Assembly: GCA_030390025.1 (NCBI GenBank)
Contig: CM059432.1
Coordinates: 82,090,001 to 82,154,000, forward strand
Length of the DNA: 64,000 bases
Direction: 5' to 3'
Source of the DNA: Squalus acanthias
Taxonomy: Eukaryota
The translations under genes were made by a program, and so were the position numbers. This document shows, piece by piece, positions 1 to 13,400 of this stretch. The notes under the pieces were generated by a model. The model saw nothing but the letters and a program-made list of their open reading frames with translations. It made no database searches and had not been told where the DNA came from. Positions within the stretch are counted from its first letter, which is position 1. The number at the start of each line of letters is the position of its first letter.

Positions 1-158
1 TCGGTAACATCGCCTGGCGCTGCTGTGGGGCGCGAGGGGGAATTTTTCTCCCGAGGCGCTACCGGGGCGCTGCGCCTGGAGATGACGTCATGATCTCTGG
101 GTGCAGAAGATCAGGGCGATACCTGATAGCGCTGCCGCTAACCTCCCGCGGAATTTCG
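1..158. mobile_element. Partial GC-rich Harbinger-type non-autonomous element, same family as 60579-61470
   Basis: ccggggcgctgcgc...gatgacgtcatgatct...gaatttcg aligns by eye with about 61270-61370; the terminal repeat is missing. Confidence 0.65.
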
Positions 159-570
159 TCTCTCCGGCTCTGCAGGATGTAACTGTTACCATCAGGTCTG
201 TCCTCTCGCTGATCAGTTGGTACTGCAACTTTCTCTTCCCATATGGCTCTACACAGCTGGTGATTGAAATCAATGGATCCTTGTCACAGTACATCTTTCA
301 TTATAGGGAGCTTTATGGCTGTCTCTGAAGCAGTGAGTTACAGGGAGGTGAACTGTACCACAATGGTACACTAATTGTTCCCATCATAGCTAGTGACACA
401 TCACTGGAATAATCTTCAAATGTGGCAACAGATGACATTCCTGTAGTTCAAAATCATATCCTTCTGGCCCCAAGATTTATTTCTTAAGCATATAACAAAA
501 TACTTAATGTTGTTTTCTTATTTAAGAAAACTTAAATAACTTAAAATGAATTTCAATTATATGAATAAAC

Positions 571-660
571 GACGAAGGGTCATCGACCTGAAACGTTAAC
601 TCTGTTTTTCTCTCTACAAATGCTGCCTGACCTGCTGAGTATTTCCAGCATTTTCTGTTT
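571..660 (+). mobile_element. Penelope-like terminal fragment with 5'-clipped hammerhead core
   Basis: gacgaagggtcatcgacctgaaacgttaactctg...ccagcattttctg is flanked by a 14-bp direct repeat TTATATGAATAAAC (557-570 and 661-674). Confidence 0.8.
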
Positions 661-829
661 TTATATGAATAAACAGATTAGTTGGAATAGGGTTTGTTTT
701 TGTTAGCTTTATCGACTAAAAACCAATAGATCCAGAAGTTACTAAAATAGACTCTGATGAATACTGAGAGCACTGCACAACTTGGAGAAATTGAACTGGA
801 AATGCAGCAATTTGTGGAGGTGCATTTCA

Positions 830-1060
830 TAATAATAATAACAACTTGTATTTATAAAGCACCTTTAAGGTAGTAAAAAGTGCTTCATAGAGGTGAAAAT
901 GAATGCAGATCAATGGTGGGTTGGTTAGGGGAGGTGACTGAAGGTAAAGTCAAAGGAGTTAAGGGCGGAGTGGAATGATGCTTCAGAGGTGGAATTAGGC
1001 GGTCTTGGTGAATAATAGAATATAAGATTTGAAGCTCAGCTTAGGGTCAAACAGAATTCA
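830..1060 (-). mobile_element. Degraded L2-type LINE 3' end
   Basis: Reverse strand reads aaaggtgctttataaatacaagttgttattattatt, an L2-like tail also seen at about 28200, 35270 and 62940. Confidence 0.5.
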
Positions 1061-2387
1061 GTTTAACGTAGTTTAAAAAAATTACAGTAATTTACAGGGT
1101 GGTCTGTTTTCTTTTGCTCCATTATTCATGAATTACCCAGTCTACCGATGTGGAGATAGGTATATCATGTAGTGTAACAGTATAGCTTTCACTGGTGAGG
1201 AACGTCTCATAATGCACAATGAGCTTGCCGGTAATCCTTACCTAAGAAATATTTAAACTGTGTTTTAAAGTCACTATACAGGTACCAAAAGAAAATCAGT
1301 CAGTGACCTTTGGAAAACTGTTAACTTTATCTTAGTATTTTATAGTGCAGTTACAGTACATGCACCAGCTTGATTCCAGTGCTATTTTTAGAGCAGTGCA
1401 AGTGGACAGTGGGGAATTATTTTGCCCTGTCTGCACAGCTCCCTTAGGCAAAATACAGCTCTGTGTATGTATTCTTCCATGTGCAGTTCTGTGCACATGT
1501 ACTTTAATGCATACCTCTGTTCATTTCTACTTAAAGAACCAACTCTATGTATGTAGACTTTACTACCTGGCTGTGTTCATGAGTACTGTAATACACAGCT
1601 CCAGTCCTGTGTACCTCAGTGCACAGTTCCCCATGCACATGTATTTCAACATGAAGTTCTATTCATGGTTATTTTAATTACCAATTCCGTACACGCGGAC
1701 TTCAATATGCAGCTTTGTTCATATGTATTTCCCCATGTCACTTTCACAAAGTTAAATTGTAGTTATACTGTTCATCTTGTACTGGTGTGCTGCAAAAGCT
1801 ATCTCACACCAATGACTGATGTTCACTATAATAATTCTTAAATACATAAACTGTTTTATGATGACTTGAAGACGCTGCTGTGAATTCAGAACAGGTCTAT
1901 GTTACCATAAAAAAAAATGTTGGGCTGGCTGAAATATCATCTTATGTTACACAAAAGATTCTGAATTCTTCCGTGATTCACCCTCCAAGAATGCCAGATA
2001 TTCTGTGAAGCCACAATCCCGATCTTCTGAGAGGTCCTATGCTATGTAAATCACAAACCTAATATTCTGCGAGGTTTTGCACCATTTTTCATCATCACCC
2101 GAAAGCAGCAGCAAAAAGGTAGCAGCAGCAACAGCAGAAGTTAAAAGATAACATCAAAAAGTACTGAAGAGGTGTCAGAGGATTACAGCGGCAATTCAGT
2201 CTTTGAGTTTGGATTACCCCCAGTCCTCTGAGGCTTCACCCTTGCGATGTACAGTATCATCTGAAACCCTCCACTCCCCATCCTTCCAGTACATAACAAA
2301 GGCTGAGTATGCTATGCCCTTTATCACATAGTCAAATAAAATCAAAATCACTACAGTTAAAATCATATGATATTGAAGCACTTTACT

Positions 2388-2741
2388 TCAGATCACAAAA
2401 TAATTATGGATGAAGAAGGCCATTCGGCCCATCTTAATTCCTCCAATTAGAATGACCCTCATTACAACATCTAATTGTTTCTTAAATGTCTTGAGGATTT
2501 TCAACTCCACCGCTCTGTCTGGGAATCCATTCCATATGTTGATCACTCTTTGTGTGAAGAACTTCCTGATATCAGTCCTAATTGTGCCATTTATGAATTT
2601 GCAGCTGTGGCCTTTTGACCTATTCTTACAATTTAATTTAAAGTAGTTTTCCCGATTAACATTTTCCATTCTCTCGATTATCTTATATACCTCAGTAATA
2701 TCACCTGTCAGATGTTTCCTTTCAAAGGTGAATAGCCCAAT
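2388..2741 (-). mobile_element. Older CR1 LINE 3' end; continues at 4260-4405 beyond a nested insertion
   Basis: Reverse-strand translation GLFTFERKHLTGDITEVYKII...RKFFTQRVINIWN matches the CR1 ORF2 C-terminus. Confidence 0.85.
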
Positions 2742-4259
2742 TCCCCTGGACCTGATGGCCTGCATCCTAGGGTCTTAAAAGAAGTGGCTACAGAGATAGT
2801 GGATGCATTGGTTGTAATCTTCCAAAATTCCCTTGACTCTGGAAAAGTTCCTGCGGATTGGAAAACTGCAAATGTAATGCCCTTATTCAAAAAATGCTCG
2901 AATCCATTATTAAGGAGTAGTAGCAGGGCATTTAGAAAATCATAATACAATCAAACAGAGTCAACATGGTTTTATGAAAGGGAAATCGTGTTTGACAAAT
3001 CTATTAGAGTTCTTTGAGGAGGTAACGAGCAGGGTGGATAAAGGGGAACCAATAGATGTAGTGTATTTGGATTTCCAAAAGGCATTCGACAAGGTACCAC
3101 ATAAAAGGTTACTGCATAAGATAAGAGCTCATGGTGTTGGGGGTAATATATTAGATTGGATAGAGGATTGGTTAACTAACAGAAAACAGAGAATCGGAAT
3201 AAATGGGTCATTTTCAGGATGGCAATCTGTAACTAGTGGGGTGCCACAGGGGTCAGTGCTGGGGCCTCAACTATTTTCAATCTATTTTAATGACTTGGAT
3301 GAAGGAAGCGAGTGTATTGTAGCCACATTTGCGGACGATACAAAGATAGGTGGGAAAGCAAGTTGTGAGGAGGACATAAAGAGTCTGCAAAGTGATATAG
3401 ACAGGTTAAGTGAGTGGGCAAGAATTTGGCAGATGGAGTATAATGTGGGAAAATGTGAAGTTATCCACTTTGGTAGGAAGAATAGAAAAGAAAAATATTA
3501 TTTAAATGGAGAAAGACTACAGAATGCGGCAGTACAGAGGGATTTGGGTGTCCTCGTACATGAAACACAAAAAGTTAACATGCAGGTGCAGCAAGTAATT
3601 AAGAAGGCAAATGGAATGTTGGCCTTTATTTCAAGGGGGATAGAGTATAAAAGTAGGGAAGTCTTGCTACAACTGTACAGGGCGCTGGTGAGACCACACC
3701 TAGATTGCGTACAGTTTTGGTCTCCTTAATAAAGGAGGGATATACTTGCATTGGAGGCAGTTCAGAGAAGGTTCACTAGGTTGATTCCTGGGATGGAAGG
3801 GTTGTCTTATGAGGAAAGGTTGAGCAGGTTGGGTCTATACTCATTGGAGTTTAGAAGAATAAGAGGTGATCTTATTGAAACATATAAGATTCTGAGGGGG
3901 CTTGACAGGGTAGATGCAGAGAGGATGTTTCCCCTCGTGGGGAAATCTAGAACTAGGGGGCATAGTTTCAGGATAAGAGGTCGCCCATTTAAGACGGAGA
4001 TGAGGAGAAATTTCTTCTCTCAGAGGGTCGTGAATCTTTGGAATTCTTTACCCCAGAGAGCTGTGGAAGCTGAGTCATTGAATATATTCAAGGCTGAGAT
4101 AAACAGATTTTTGAGCAACAGGGGAGTCAAGGGCGATGGGGAACGGGCAGGAAAGTGGAGTTGAGGCCAAAATCGGATCAGCCATGATCTCATTAAATGG
4201 CGGAGCAGGCTTGATGGGCCGAATGGCCTGCTCCTGCTCCTATTTCTTATTATCTTATT
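2742..4259 (+). mobile_element. 5'-truncated CR1 LINE (RT domain pseudogene plus 3'UTR and tail)
   Basis: PGPDGLHPRVLKE...VVYLDFQKAFDKVPH...GVPQGSVLGP...FADDTK...CVQFWSP. Internal deletion near 2895, stop/frameshift at 3727, tail ctcctatttcttattatcttatt. Confidence 0.95.
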
Positions 4260-4405
4260 TTCTCTAGTCTTTCTTCATAACTCTGACCTCTAAGACTAGA
4301 AATCAGCCTGGTTCTTCTCTGCCCTTTCTCCAAGGCTTGAATGCTTCCCTTATGTCTCGGTGACCAGAACTGAACCCAGTATATAAGGTATAGTCTGACC
4401 AGAGA
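4260..4405 (-). mobile_element. Upstream continuation of the minus-strand CR1 at 2388-2741
   Basis: Reverse strand carries the VQFWSP-encoding segment (ggttcagttctggtcaccg) that precedes the 2388-2741 piece in CR1 ORF2. Confidence 0.75.
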
Positions 4406-5629
4406 TTGAATCCTTGGAGGTTTGGTCTAGCAGGGCAGTAACTATGTCAAATAACCTAGACCGGTAGAGTGGTCCTCACCTATGAGGCCTTCCTCTTCAG
4501 CCAAGCATTGAGCTGCAGGAGGGAACAGGCACGGAGCTGTGCGGAATGGGGGCATCCACCTAGCCAGTCAGATCAGCTGAATCAAACCTAGCAATCGATA
4601 GGATGAGAGATGTCACAGCCAACTTGCCCTCACACCTGGTCTGTGAACCGATTGCAGGGACCTGCCATGATACACGCTGCCAACAAAAAATAATTTGCAG
4701 GAAACAGAATAAAATTATCCCTCACAAACTCCAGCTTGTGTGCATTATGTGTATTATAACCCAGTCTTCAAGGATATAACACATTTAAGGGTTGAGATGG
4801 TGTTGATAAACTGATTTAGTTTGTGCCTTAATGTGTTACAGTACTGCCTTGTAACACTCTCCAATCTGTGTGTTATGAGTCATATTATCTAGAGGATGGT
4901 GAACTCTTTTGTTTAAATTCACCATCTAAATTAATAAATAATGGTCAAATGTCATGGCCCTAAAATCGGAAGAATTGGCAGTGGCTAAAGTAAAGGTAAT
5001 TATAATATATATTATGGTGGACGCTGGGCAGAAATTATTGTAGTAATCTAATTTGAAGGTTTAGACAATGAACAGGCTGCTCAAATTTGGCTCTTATAAT
5101 TTATATCACTTGAACCCCCTCTGGCATCACTCATCCACTCCCCTTTATATCATATACACTGCCTATACAACTTCCTGGCACCTAATGATCACACAATAGA
5201 CTTGCACTGATCATATCACAATTGTCAGTCCTTCATTGAAGGCATTATCATACACTACTGTAACTATAGAGTATCCTGGCTATCAATGCCACCATCAGCC
5301 AGCAAAAAAAATATATAAATAGAGTAAAACTATTGTAACTGCACAGAATGTTATTAGAAGCAAGCATTTAATATCTTCTATACATTTCATTGATAAGGCA
5401 TCATCACATGGCATAATAGTGGATATGTCATACAATATGATAAACATAAAATATGATAAACATACAATATGATACACATATCCACAATTGAGGCTGCCCA
5501 CACAATTTAAAAATGATGAAATTAACATTGAATTGTGCTTAATCTCAAGATCACATAAATTTACATTTTATATGGCTGGCCATGATATTGACTGTTTATA
5601 TCATTTGAGCATTTCCAAAAGGAAAGATT

Positions 5630-7386
5630 GGGGGAAATTTTTCAGGGGGTCAGTTTGGTGATGGGTCAACTGGGAAAAAATTTTTTGACAGCGGGTAGGG
5701 AGCCCACTGTCAACCCACCTCCTAGTCTCCCAGATGTTGGGTCTGTCAACACGGAACAGACCCGACACCAAGCGGCGGGGGAGGCAATTGACATCATTTG
5801 AGAGATAGTTAAGAGGCAATTAAATAGTATTTTAAGCTTACCTTTAGATTTTTAGAGTTCGCCAATGGCTTCCCCGCTGCTCGGGGATCACGTCAGGTAA
5901 GGAGGTCGGGTGTTGTGTCAGCATGGGATGATTTATTTACTTGACAGCTACAAATGGTCTATAAAAGCTCCCATCTCACAGCTGTTCACTTTGCAAGGTT
6001 AGAAGCTGTTGCTTACTGCATTTGGAAGACAGATTGAGGTTTAGGCAGCTTGCAAGTGTTTGGAGCAAACTCTGTATCCAGTGTCACCTCACTGGAACAA
6101 CCTCTCTCACCATTGACAGATCGCTTCTGTCATCTCAACCTCACCTGCCATCTATTCCATCAGCATCGGTGCCCTTGAAACTATCTCACCTTGGTCCTCA
6201 GAATCCCACCACAATCAGCCCCAACACCAGCAGCACCAGGCACACCAGCAGCACCAACAACAACACCAAACTTCTCCGCAATCACTTGATGCTGCACAGG
6301 ACACAGGGCATCAGCACCTGACCACATTGCTGCCTGGGAGGCCAGGGATGGCCTCACCATGGCCAGATTTACTTCACTTGATGCTGTAAACCCTGGCTGC
6401 CACATGATGTGCCAGGTTGACACCACCCCACACCAGCACCCTATAAAGCATCCCTACAATGCCCAAGCCATTCCTTTCATACTCATCACCATTGCGGGGG
6501 GTACCGTTATGTCTCACCATTCACTGCAACTCACTAAGCCACTTCCAAAGGTGCACACAAATCTGTCCAAGAACGCAAAGTGTTGAAAATAAAGATTTCA
6601 ATGTTTGACAGCACATTAACAGAAACTTCACATGAACATTGGCTAAAACACCCAAGTGCCTATCTTTGTGTGTTGTTAGTTGATATGATTGGACTAGGAT
6701 GAGGGTGAGTGTGAGGGGTGGCTAGTGAGATGGGGAAGTGATAATGTAGATAGGGAGGGATGGCTGAAGTTGCAAGGTATGTTGGTGTGAGTAAGGATTT
6801 GCAGGAGTAGGGTAGGGAAGGCAGAGTGATGGGGATGTGATAGGTCGCACAGCAGGATGAGGTTGAGTGTGGCTTTGCAGTAATGTTTTGTGATCTACTG
6901 AGATCATTGAAACGTTGGCGCCACTGCAGCCTGGTCCTCCTGACAACATCCCTGCTTGTGTCCTCCTCTGCAATGAGCAATGTGCAACCAGGCTGCATTG
7001 ATCTCCTGGGGAGGTCTCTTCCGCTCATGGGAAGGGAAGAGGACCTCCCTGTTTGCTGTGACTGAGTCATGGGAGAGCCTGGGTGCAGCCGTGCACCTCT
7101 GTGCAGTGCTTGTCAGTGTTTGCAGCACCTCAATGCTGTAGAACACTGACAGCAGAACTGTCAAAATCAATTTGCGCATGGTCCCTTTAAGGAATCCGGC
7201 TGATTACACGTCATCAAATGACGTCATCAGACCCGCTTCCTCTAATTGGCCGGGAAACACGCTGGGTGGGCTTAACAAGCCCAATCATCGTAAAATTAAT
7301 TTCACAATGCGGGCTGGAGCCAGTAGCGGGGTCGCACCCCGCCACCGACCCCAGCCGCACCAGACTCGGTCTGCAAAATCATGGCC
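5630..7386 (-). mobile_element. Non-autonomous PIF/Harbinger derivative (about 1.75 kb) with Myb/SANT-like ORF remnant, copy 1
   Basis: Closely similar along its length to 28676-30415. Minus strand encodes AAPRLSHDS...RKRPPQEINAAWLHIA...RDVVRRTRLQWRQRFNDL, a Myb/SANT (MADF-like) signature. Confidence 0.8.
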
Positions 7387-7711
7387 AAAGAGTCTTTTGT
7401 TTTCAGTCTATAAAGATCCATATAAGCACTGGATAACAGGCACCCCATCTTTCTCCAGTCAAAGATCTGAACACAGCTATGTATATAACCCTAATGCAGT
7501 GTATTTAATAATAACCAGTAATAATAGTACAAGCCTGCAACAGCACTTCACCTTCCATCTTACATCTCTGCCTCTCACTCGCCACAGAAACATCTAGCTT
7601 TATTTCTTCTCTTCCCGGGGAGAGGAATAAGCCTCAGCTCCACCTCCCAGTCACTCAAGATCCTTGATGTTGCAGAAAAACGAATCAGAAATATATTATT
7701 TCATTCACCTT

Positions 7712-7925
7712 GATGGTTCAGTGGGTAAATGCAGTCCATGGTGTTATGCTGAGTAATGATCTCAATCAGTGCAGTGGCTGGACTCAGCATGTCAGGGCGG
7801 GAGAGGGGAAAAGATCAGCCAGGCGCAAGCTCTCAATCACTATGCATTGTGCATTTGTGGCCATTAGGGGAGACCGGATAAGACTCATCTCCCATTCTCC
7901 TCACCGACAAATAGCTTGCCAACAC
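7712..7925 (+). mobile_element. Old tRNA-headed SINE-like fragment
   Basis: Begins tggttcagtgggtaaatgca (A-box-like). Related degraded pieces lie at about 19070-19290, 28380-28530, 30450-30680 and 42000-42305 (minus) and 62995-63240 (plus). Confidence 0.4.
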
Positions 7926-8744
7926 GCAAGCCTAAATTTCCTCTTCTTCTGCTCTCGACCTTTGGCAGGGTCGAGGGCAGAAGGAGAGAAGGTGGAGAGC
8001 ATTGGAAAGGAAGAATATTTGATACAATTGCAAAAACCGCACATATGTAATGCCAAATTGTATCTTAAGGTGCAATTAGTAAATTTAGACAGTGGGTAGA
8101 TTTATGAGGGGGTACTTTAATTTCCATTTGGCCTGTAGGAGATCAGTTCATTTTGAGGGCTGGGCCTCATTAACATACACGCAGCAAACTGCAGACCCAG
8201 AGCAGACGTCCCATGCAGCTCGGCAGCACCGGGCCAGGGCAATATGGGGCGGCCCAGGAACTTGGGAGGTTGCAATCATGGGGGAGGGGGAAGGGGTGGG
8301 GAGCTTAGATGACATTGGCCCACATTATTCTTGTGGCGTCTGGAGCTACTCCTGACTCCACAAAAATGATTTTAACATTTACGTCTTTAGACATTTTCTT
8401 CTTGCCCCTAAATTTACCGAGTGGTGTGTTAACTCCGCTGCAACCCAGTTTCTGCTAGGCGGAAGGAATTAAGATTGTTTCCTGCAGTATCCTTTAGTTA
8501 TAGGTTTGTAGTGGACATTTTGCTCATCAGCAAAACGCCAGATTCTAATCTTCTATTGGTTTAATGATCCATTAAAAAGATATTTGCAGTATTTACAGTG
8601 TCTTATGTTGTTTCTTCTGTTACAAATGTGTGTGGATTTTGCTTGTTTCATTTTAATTCAGGTTTAGATAATGGTAAGTAGTCAAAAGATCAATTGGAGT
8701 CCTTTGAACGCAGATCAGATTAGTTTGTTGATTTTCTTGCTAAT

Positions 8745-8880
8745 AGCTCTGACGAAGGGTCACAGACCTGAAACGTTAACTCTGTTTCTCTCTCCACGGA
8801 TACTGCCTGGCCTGCTGAGTGTTTCCAGCATTTTCTGTTGTTATTTCAGATTTCCAGCATTCGCAGTATTTTGCTATTGT
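8745..8880 (+). mobile_element. Penelope-like terminal fragment with minimal hammerhead motif
   Basis: agct-CTGACGA-A-GGGTC-aca-GACCT-GAAA-CG-TT-aact, followed by the same downstream sequence as 571-660 and 34044-34107. Confidence 0.8.
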
Positions 8881-9751
8881 TAAGAAAGAACTTGCATATA
8901 TACGACTTCAGGGTTTCCTATATCTGGGCAAACTAAACCATTGATCCACAGGAGTTCACAGCAGAAAAGGAAGCCATTCAGCCCAAGATGTCTGCGCCAG
9001 CTCTTTCCAATGCACGTTTCTTGTACGACAATCTCAAGTCATACTGTCTCTTGGTGGGAGGTGGGGAGGGGGTGGTTGTTAGAATTTTGCTTTGGAGAGA
9101 AGGAAAAATGGTGGAACACCATTTTCTGACACCTCCTGAGCAATGTACCCTCTAATGTTTTGAGCGGTCCATTTAAATTTCTACATATGTGCGGTTTTTC
9201 CATTGTGAAGCCGGCAAGCGGCCTGCGCGGGACCTCCAGAGCGCTGCGCGAAATTGCTCCTGAGCACTTCTTGGCTTCCAGTTTAACATTACCAGTGACC
9301 GGACAATACATTGACTGCCCACGTTCTCAGCCGGTAAATGGTACATGTCATGGTGAAACTTGAGCTGGGGAAGAAATTTTTAATCAAAAATGAACGGGGG
9401 GACTTTATTTGGGATGGAGTTATCTTAGGTAATACACTTCATTCTGTATTTGTGATATAATTGTGAGTCAAAGGAATGAAAGAAAACTGCTTGTAAATAC
9501 AATAAGGGAAATTGCTAATGACAATAATGAAGCAATAAAACTTGGGCTTTTCTCCAGATTTCAGCAAACCAGCCTGGCAGCAGTGGACATTACTTGTCAA
9601 CAGAAAAATCCAGTTCCATTCTTCAACCCATTCACATTGCCACTGATGTCATCACAACTAAGATTACATATGTTGCTCTCAGTCCATAAACAACAAAAAA
9701 ACAGGTATCCCAAATATTTTTCATGAAGTGTGTGCCCCTTTAAGGTACAAA

Positions 9752-10416
9752 GGGGCAAAAATTGGGTCGTGCCCCCTTTGGGGCGCTTACTTCGCCGGGG
9801 CGCTACTTTTAGCGCCCCGAAAAAGTTAGTGCCCCCGCACCGGAAATTAAATGGTAGCGACCCAAGCAGGAGGCGGGGCGCTACTGGAAGCACTCCCCCT
9901 CTCTTTTGGGGCGCTCTCATTGAATATCACGGCGCTACGTTGCACTGCGCAGCGCCATGCGCGTCGGCACGTCGCGCCGCGGTACTACAGGCTTGCCTCC
10001 CCTGATTAAAGGGGAGGGGCCTAGCACAGCGTGCACCGGGGCCCTTCTGGACCACCGGGGAGCGGGGTGCCGGCAAAAGAGCCCGGCACTCAAGAGGGGT
10101 GCCGGGCTGACTGATCCTGGCACCTGCCCTTAAATTTGCGCCGCCCCGGCCACAAACGCAGCATCCTGACCCTGTCGGACACAGCGTCCGGCGGTAGGTC
10201 AGAGGGCGCGAGCCAAGTTTGCGGCCGGGGTGCTGCGCACGGCAATTACGTCATTGCCGGAGGCGCAGCGCCGTGGGGCGCTACCAGCTACCGCCGTTGC
10301 TAACCTCCCACTGATTTTTGCGGGAGGTGTCAGCGGCGCCGCGCTCGGGCGCTAGGTGCTTTGCGCCCCATTAGCGCCCCCTAACAGGAGGCGAAAAGCA
10401 ACCGAATTTCCCCCCG
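9752..10416 (+). mobile_element. GC-rich Harbinger-type MITE (family A)
   Basis: Imperfect TIRs ggggcaaaaattggg / ccgaatttccccccg and probable AAA TSD. Reverse-complement homolog of 20054-20757 and 26981-27669. Confidence 0.8.
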
Positions 10417-13400
10417 AAATATTAGCTTTGAGCAGTACTAGGTATTTCACACATAGGGTGTTTATGTATGTATTGGGTTTTGCTGCTACAGTCAATGAGG
10501 CTTTTCCTATTAAAAGTGCAATAAGTTTTTCTCCAAAAGCTTGACATATAAGATAAGCTTCAAAGAACAAAGGATGATTGAAGTGTTTTTAAAATGTATA
10601 AAAAAATATATAGTTTTTGGAAAAATGGGAGTATATTACAATGTAATATCTCATTGTACGTGAGGTAGAACAGTGACCTTGGTGGTTGCTAAGGTTTGTG
10701 AACAAATTCTGTAACTAGGTATATTGTTTGGATGAGACAGCAGTAAATAATTACAGTGCAGTGTTGGCAGAATTACCTCAGATTGTTGCGATACTGTTAT
10801 CTGTCCATCACTGACTTGGTTTTTGAGTAAATTTTCTAGCTGCAAGGCCATTGTTTGACAAGCCGTCAGTATTTCTGCTGTCATTTAAGGGAATGGGTTT
10901 CAGAGACTTGTGAAGTGCCAGAAGGCTGTTTCATAGAATCCTGCACAAAAATACTGACATTCTTGTCCCTGAAGACAAGCACAACACTTTGTCAGTATTA
11001 ATTCTGCAGCTTTATTTCTACTGCAGCAGGAAACTAGTCTGTGTGGGGATGTCAGGTTTGAAAAGGTCAGCACTGAATGGAGAATTGTCCATGCTTGAAG
11101 ATGAGTGATATGGATCTTCGTCTCTCACAGCTGAACAACTTCATCCCAGGTATCTCTGGCTCTCCTCCAGCTCAGAAATGATGCGTCAGGCTGCAGAACT
11201 GTACGGCTGAATTAGAAAGCCTAAAGCCAGTTGCTTTGGCAATGATGTTCCTTTCTTTCGCATTGTCACTGAGGTAAAGTCATTGGTGCCAGTGTTTACT
11301 CAATGCAGTCTGAATAACTGCAGTAGTTGGGTCAACAGTGTCTGCAAAGTTTGCTGTCCATCACTAAATGCAGGCAGTGAGGCCCAGCTCACCCAGCGAC
11401 TGAGGGTTTCATTCCCAGAAGCCTGGTTTATTTTCTTAGAGTGAGTGTTATTGAAGAATCTTACACTTAGTTTTCTCAGCATCTTGGTAATTTGTGAGTA
11501 CTGTACTGACATTTGCCGGGCTTTTTTTGCAGTCCAGATTTATGCTGAAAATACTTCTTTGTGTTATTGTAAAGCTGTGTTAAGTGAGAGCTTTCGGAAT
11601 TGTCTTGTACAGTAGTAAACTGCTAATCTTGCCTTGGCTGCAGCCACAGTATAGCTCTTACAGTAGAATAATGTGCAGCAATAGTGTATGCGTGCTTTTA
11701 TTTATCATCACAAACCATCAAGTAAATGCTTTAACACTTTAAAGTGGTTGTTTTTCGCAGAGCAGTGTCCACCGACAGTACTTTCACACAGATAGCGACA
11801 TTAAATGGAGAATTTAACACCCACTCTCTGTGTTAGGAGATACCATGTTGAATTTTTTTTTAACATTTATTAGATTTTTATCCCTTCCTTTATGCATTTA
11901 AAAACTTCTAGGACACTGTTGTGTCTTGCCCCGACTGCTGCGTTCATTACTCAAGTAGTTGCTATACTGTATAAAAGCCACTAGCATCAATCACTTAACC
12001 ATTAAGTGCAAGGCAGTCTGCTTGACCACTGAAGCTTGTAGAATGGGCAGTGATCAGCCCTGCAATAGCTACTGCATGCAGTGCTACTTAGTAATGCAGC
12101 TGTAAAAATAATGTGTTCCAGATTTTCAGAATCTTTACAGACCTCCTACTGTAAAGCTTCCTGGGTTTGAAATTCCGTTAAAAAGAACTAAAGGTAATGG
12201 AGAATCCACAAAGATGGAGAGATTTTTCTTTTGCTGTCTTAATGAATCAGGTCATCTCTTTCAGTAATGCACTCTGCTGCAATTACACGTATGCTGGCAT
12301 CAATTTTTTTTAATAATGGTATTCTTGGTACAAGCTGTCTGTTTTCTTTTCCTTTTATTTAAGTAGCTTTGATCTCTCAGCGCTGGCTGCTGTAATAACG
12401 GCTATTCAAACTAGAGCACAAGGGCAAAATCCCAGGTGTGAGAACCCGGTCTTCTGATGAAACTCATTAAATGTTCATTTAGACCATTTGATTGAGAATC
12501 TCATGTGCCATCTCCTAATTACTATGCTTGCAAATGTTAAATTATAATGGACTTCTGCCTTTTGAACGGAAGTGGTATAAATGTGCGTACTGGCCTTAAA
12601 TGTCTTTGTTAAATAGTCTTTTAGTAAGTCACTAATCACTTTGAACTATACACGCATTCAGTTTTCAATCCAAGTGAATTCTTAAATGTGTAAAGCTGCC
12701 AGCGTGACAGCTGAATGCAGGAAATGTCAAAGTGGAGTAAGTTACCTTTGGTCTTAGGCCCCATCAATCAATTCTGGAGCAGATGGATTTAGATGGATTG
12801 TGGCTAAATCAGCCACCTTCCCCCCTCCTGCGCATATTAGGACTCATGGAACTAAGGCTCTTTGAATGGTAGGAGCTGAGGGAGCTCTGATTATTGTATG
12901 TGTATATATATGCGAGTGTGCATATATGTGTGTAGAGTCTGCACGTTACCTTAAAATGACAGGAGCTCAGCAAAAGTTCATTGCATTGTGAGTTAATGTT
13001 GACTGGATCGTTGCTTGGTGATGTACAGTTGGAGGTTTCAGTAATATGGAGAAAGGCGATCACTGTCACTCGATGTGTTTCTTGTGGGAAAGGTAGTTTC
13101 AGAATGTTCACCACTGCATGATTGGACTCGAGTCATGAAACAAGTTATTTGTGCTCCATTGAAAGTACTGATTTTGTGCAGGTGCAAAGCCGGGGTTCTG
13201 ACACTGAATATCAAAGACCTTCTGAAGATTCCAGTTACCACCGCTTATTAAGTATTTCAATGTAAGATCATAGCCATAGCTATAGATTCATAAAAGTGAT
13301 ACATTTTCAGGTGTTTGGTTAAAAAAGAGAATTGTTCAGTGAATCGTGAATATTTTTAGTTAATTAATCTAAAACATATGTAACCTATTTCCTGGCTTCA

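Noticed and set aside
2974..4164. Functional reverse transcriptase gene or retron-like system
   Set aside because: 5'-truncated CR1 with an internal deletion and a premature stop/frameshift.
9752..10416. CpG-island promoter of the gene
   Set aside because: The CpG richness is confined to a TIR-bounded repeat present in three copies in this window.
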